From the NCBI GenBank assembly GCA_012295275.1, contig CM022677.1, positions 20,646,001-20,710,000 on the forward strand: 64,000 nt of DNA, given 5' to 3'. A program made the translations under genes and the position numbers. Positions 56,132 through 64,000 of the stretch are shown here, one piece after another. The notes beneath the pieces were generated by a model. It worked only from the letters and a program-made list of their open reading frames with translations. It was not told the origin of the DNA and did no database searches. The stretch is from Chrysomallon squamiferum. Taxonomy: Eukaryota > Animalia > Mollusca. Every line of letters begins with the position of its first letter. Within the stretch, counting starts at the first letter, position 1.

Positions 56132-56765
56132 AGTTACTAAATTATATCACTAGGACGCAAAATAGGACGTTTAAAATGATGGCACTGATGATACTTGTGT
56201 TTGTCACAGTAGATGTTTCCATAATCTTCAAGTAAACTTTCACTATAACAAAAACACCAAAAGACACAAAATGAAAATAAAGACTCGATGTGATAGATAA
56301 ACAGATATTCCTAGGTACGTACACCATTTATACGTATGCGCTTCTATATATATGTGATATACATACAAGTATGCTTAGATGCATATTTAATTACGTTTGT
56401 ATGCATGTGTTTGTAGATGTCAGTGGTTCATATCTATGCATATAGGTAGTTAGGTAAGTTTATATGTAGGTATGTATGTATATATGTCTGTGTGTGCGTG
56501 GGCGTGTGTGCTTGTAACATGTCTGTACATATACATTTCCAACCATCATATTTACACTCACTGTTTGACACTGCAAAAATATAAATAATTAATTTCACTT
56601 TAAACAGATTACAAAATGTAATGCGCACTTTAACCTTCACGTTTTGATTATAACAGTTTCAGAAGAAACATCATTAATACCTTAGAAAAGAGGCAAAATC
56701 AAAAGAAAGAAGATCAGTGTGGTATGAAGAATCCAGGTTTTGATTTTTATGAGGACAACGATTAA
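50684..56765 (+). CDS. Gene C: SP-LRR-4xTSP1; TM and NPxF tail exons present but preceded by an in-frame TAA (predicted secreted form or damaged gene)
   Basis: Exons 50684-52121, 52543-52704, 53142-53330, 53721-53900, 54502-54531, 54982-55173, 55714-55746, 55858-55891 (34 nt, TAA 55869-55871), 56154-56231 (TM, 78 nt), 56657-56765 (tail). Confidence 0.78.
52543..52704 (+). CDS. Short TSP1 exon (gene C)
   Basis: TNIWSLWRRSDLAACDSNCIRTVRYERTCLKNKTCFG...CWESCYK; 162 nt; not in the ORF track. Confidence 0.8.
53142..53330 (+). CDS. TSP1 exon (gene C), X type
   Basis: VDGGWSGW...CSVTCGYG...RICTNPRPQNGGRNCVG; 189 nt. Confidence 0.85.
53721..53900 (+). CDS. TSP1 exon (gene C), Y type
   Basis: DDPGWARW...CGVTCSVGVK...CP; 180 nt. 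Confidence 0.85.
54982..55173 (+). CDS. TSP1 exon (gene C), Z type
   Basis: VDGRWSPWVQFVDYDCSVTCGMG...; 192 nt. Confidence 0.85.
56154..56231 (+). CDS. Transmembrane exon of gene C (1 nt shorter than in B and D)
   Basis: TQNRTFKMMALMILVFVTVDVSIIF; aligns with the gene D TM exon. Confidence 0.65.
56657..56765 (+). CDS. Cytoplasmic tail exon of gene C
   Basis: FRRNIINTLEKRQNQKKEDQCGMKNPGFDFYEDND*. Confidence 0.75.
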
Positions 56766-57599
56766 CAATTTAATATAGATTTTACTTTGTCTGTGTATGC
56801 GACTATTTGTTATTACGGTATGTAAAGTCGGAAATGAGAGATTTTATTTTATCACTGCAGGTGACATTTTTTTGTTATGTAAGATACAAAATGTCCCTGT
56901 ATCAGGTGTGACGGTTATTAATACGTGTTTGATGTGCTTCTATAAAACTAATGAATTTATTTGAAATTTCTATTGCAATTTAAGTGATTTACTTCTGATT
57001 TTAACGAATGCAGTTTGTTGCAAATGAACGTCATTCATTATTTACAAAATGAAGCTGACATCTATTCTCTTCGCCTCGTGTTTGTCATTTTCGTTAGTGT
57101 ATGAGTTTCACCTACACCGTTATACAATTAAATATCAACCAAAAATTGTTATTATTATAGTTCATCTGAGAAAAAAGAAATTGCATATGTTATTTATTAT
57201 TTACTAATGCCATTAAATAGTTCATCTGAGGTGAAAATAATCTGATTGATTATTTCTTTGCTGTTTTAATATTTATCAATGTCATTAAAATAGTTGAAAA
57301 TAATACTAATAATTTTTAAAGTGTAATTTATTTCACAATGCAATTAAAATGTTAAAGCAAAATAGCTTTAGTAATTGTTTCTGTGTTGTTGCTGTTTTTT
57401 AATCTTTAACAATGTCATATGGATGAGTATGTGTTTTGTGACTGAATTATTAGTTAACGCAGTCATGAAGAGAATACAAAATCCACACAATGTATATAAC
57501 AGTTTTATTTGTGTGAAGAAAATTTGCAGAATGATAAGAATAGTATTTAGAAGAAAAAAAAAAAACTTACAAAAATACGCTTAACCCACCCATTGTTCA

Positions 57600-57886
57600 A
57601 CATATCTAAACAACGTAAATATGATGAAGTTACGTGACCTTTGGATTTACGTGGATTGGCGACACCGGATTCCCTGTGTATGCAATGTTAATATGTGCTG
57701 AGGCTGCATAAAAATTTAGTGTGGGACATGCTGTGATAGTCACATAATCTGCATTGCATCAGCATCTGAAAATAAATAACAAGATGTCCTACACTGGACG
57801 TAAAAAGAGACATCACTGAATCGCAGCCTACTGCACGTGAAATCTGTTCTGTCACTGAATTACTGTGACACTGAGCCATTGCCGAA
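57600..57886 (-). repeat. Inverted copy of the 47999-48320 element
   Basis: Reverse-complement match; one visible substitution in the core. Confidence 0.8.
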
Positions 57887-58355
57887 GAAAAGCAAGAACA
57901 CCCATTGTACAGAAACAATTCACAGATCTGAATTTACATCGAGTAATAAAAGCTATAATTCTTATATATTATCATACAAAAAACAAACAAACAAACAAAC
58001 AAATAAATAAATAAATAAATAAATAAAAAAGAATGAACAAAATTCGATGATTTTGTCTAATACTTTATTTGGTTAAAAAACGTTGTACATTTTTCTCTCG
58101 CCTGTTAACTCATAGTGCTGCTGCTGTGTCTTGCTATCTAGAAAGAGCTACGAATCATCGTTTCTCAACGTTGTAATTTTAGAAACTTTTGAAAACTTTG
58201 ATTTATAACTTACATAACTTTTACCTTCTTTAAGAATCACGACAGTGGTGATACAACCAAAAGTATTATAATAATAGCAATACTATTACTACTACTACCG
58301 CCACAACTACCACCACCACCACAACCACCAGAACTACTACTGCTACCACTGCTAT

Positions 58356-58416
<61 letters not shown>

Positions 58417-58614
58417 TAAATGTTTCTCCGTAATTAAGCATTCATTCTCTGTTGGTGTGTTGCAAGTCAAGGGAAATAACTGCAAGATGACTCTACCAAA
58501 GAATCGCGAACGAATTATCTCCCTGTATCCAATTAAATATATTTTAAATTCTGTTTGGATGCCACCCCAACGAACAAATAAATAAAGAAAGAAAGGAAGA
58601 AAGAAAGAAAGAAA

Positions 58615-58645
<31 letters not shown>

Positions 58646-58649
58646 AAAA

Positions 58650-58704
<55 letters not shown>

Positions 58705-59840
58705 CGTTTGAATGAATGTGAACAGACATTGTCTGCTAACGGCTGCTTTATTTCAAAACCGAATTTAATTTTGAATCAAATGAGTCGTCAGAATGAAAAT
58801 AATTTTAAATTCCGCTGATTTTACTACATGAAAAATGAAAAACATAAAGAAAAAGAAATAAAGAAATAGAGAACCATCCAAGAATGTGACTTGTCTTTTA
58901 TGGAATATAGTCAATATTTGTATCATTTATTCATTCATTCATTCAGTCAGTCATTCAGTCAGTCAGCCACTCATTTTTTAATATCAATATTTACAGACAA
59001 ACAAAATGTCAAATTAATCAACCTCATTGATATTGTTTGCTATTAAGCAGAAAAATCTATGTAGATTTTTTTTCATTATATTTTTCTTTTTTCTTCTTCT
59101 TTTTTCTTCGAAGAAGAAAAGTCTAGTTTGATGTTTCACGGTGTTTTTTTTTCTTTTTATCTCTATCATTTCCAACTAAGAATAATTATTTTAGCGACAC
59201 TATTAAAGTGTTAAAAACAAAACAAACTACAATAGAAACAATTACGAATGTTATTTTCAACTCACACTTTATTGACATTGTTAAATAAACATAAAACACA
59301 TTCTTAAAACATTGCTAGTATTATTTTCAGATGTTTTAATGACATTGTTAAATACTGAAATTACAAAGAAAGAAAGACTAACGCTATTTCCAACTGAGAA
59401 GAGCTTTTTCAAGGACATTATTAAATATTAGAACAGCAAAGAAATAATTGGTAACAGTATTTCCAAGAAAGATGAACTCTTTAATGACACTGTTAAATAA
59501 TAAAATTACTAATTATTAGTATAACAAGTTTTGTTTGATATTTAATAATACAGTGGTGTATGTAAAATTAAAACACTAACGAAAATGATATTCACATAAA
59601 ACGAACTGCATTCATTAAAATCAGAACTAAATTATTTAAATTACAATAGAAATTTCAAATAAATTCAATATTTGATAGAAACAAGTGACACGTATTAATA
59701 ACCGTCGCGCTTTGTAACAAATAGTTACTTGTAACACATAGTTACTTGCAGATACAAAGTAAAAATGTTCTGTCTGGCTTTAGGTATCTTGCGAAGCAAT
59801 TGCTCAATTAGACAGACAAAATCAATTCTACAAGAAACTG

Positions 59841-63956
<4,116 letters not shown>

Positions 63957-64000
63957 CTACATATAAATATATATATAGATATGAAACAGAAAAAAAAGAC

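Overview
Eukaryotic (animal) genomic DNA, very AT-rich and saturated with microsatellites; mollusc/cephalopod-like in character, though that taxon is only an impression. Most ORFs in the supplied track are microsatellite artefacts. Reading splice sites by hand reveals a cluster of four paralogous multi-exon genes, arranged A(-, runs off the left end) | B(+) | C(+) | D(-, runs off the right end). The shared architecture is signal peptide + one intronless ~1.45 kb LRR exon + a variable array of thrombospondin type-1 (TSP1) exons (at least 19 in A, 8 in B, 4 in C, at least 3 in D) + many 12-51 nt symmetric micro-exons + one transmembrane exon + a short tail with a conserved G[ML][KS]NPxF motif. 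The LRR exon is seen in A, B and C; the TM and tail exons in B, C and D. Every intact ectodomain exon is phase 1-1, so exons can be duplicated, swapped or skipped in frame. Gene B assembles to a complete ~1217 aa type I membrane protein. A carries two single-base frameshifts, and C has a stop just before its TM exon. Also present: two decayed Ginger2/KRBA2-type integrase remnants, a MITE with an identifiable empty site, a 32-bp minisatellite, several local tandem duplications, and a near-identical element inverted on either side of gene C. All gene models are manual and lack transcript support.
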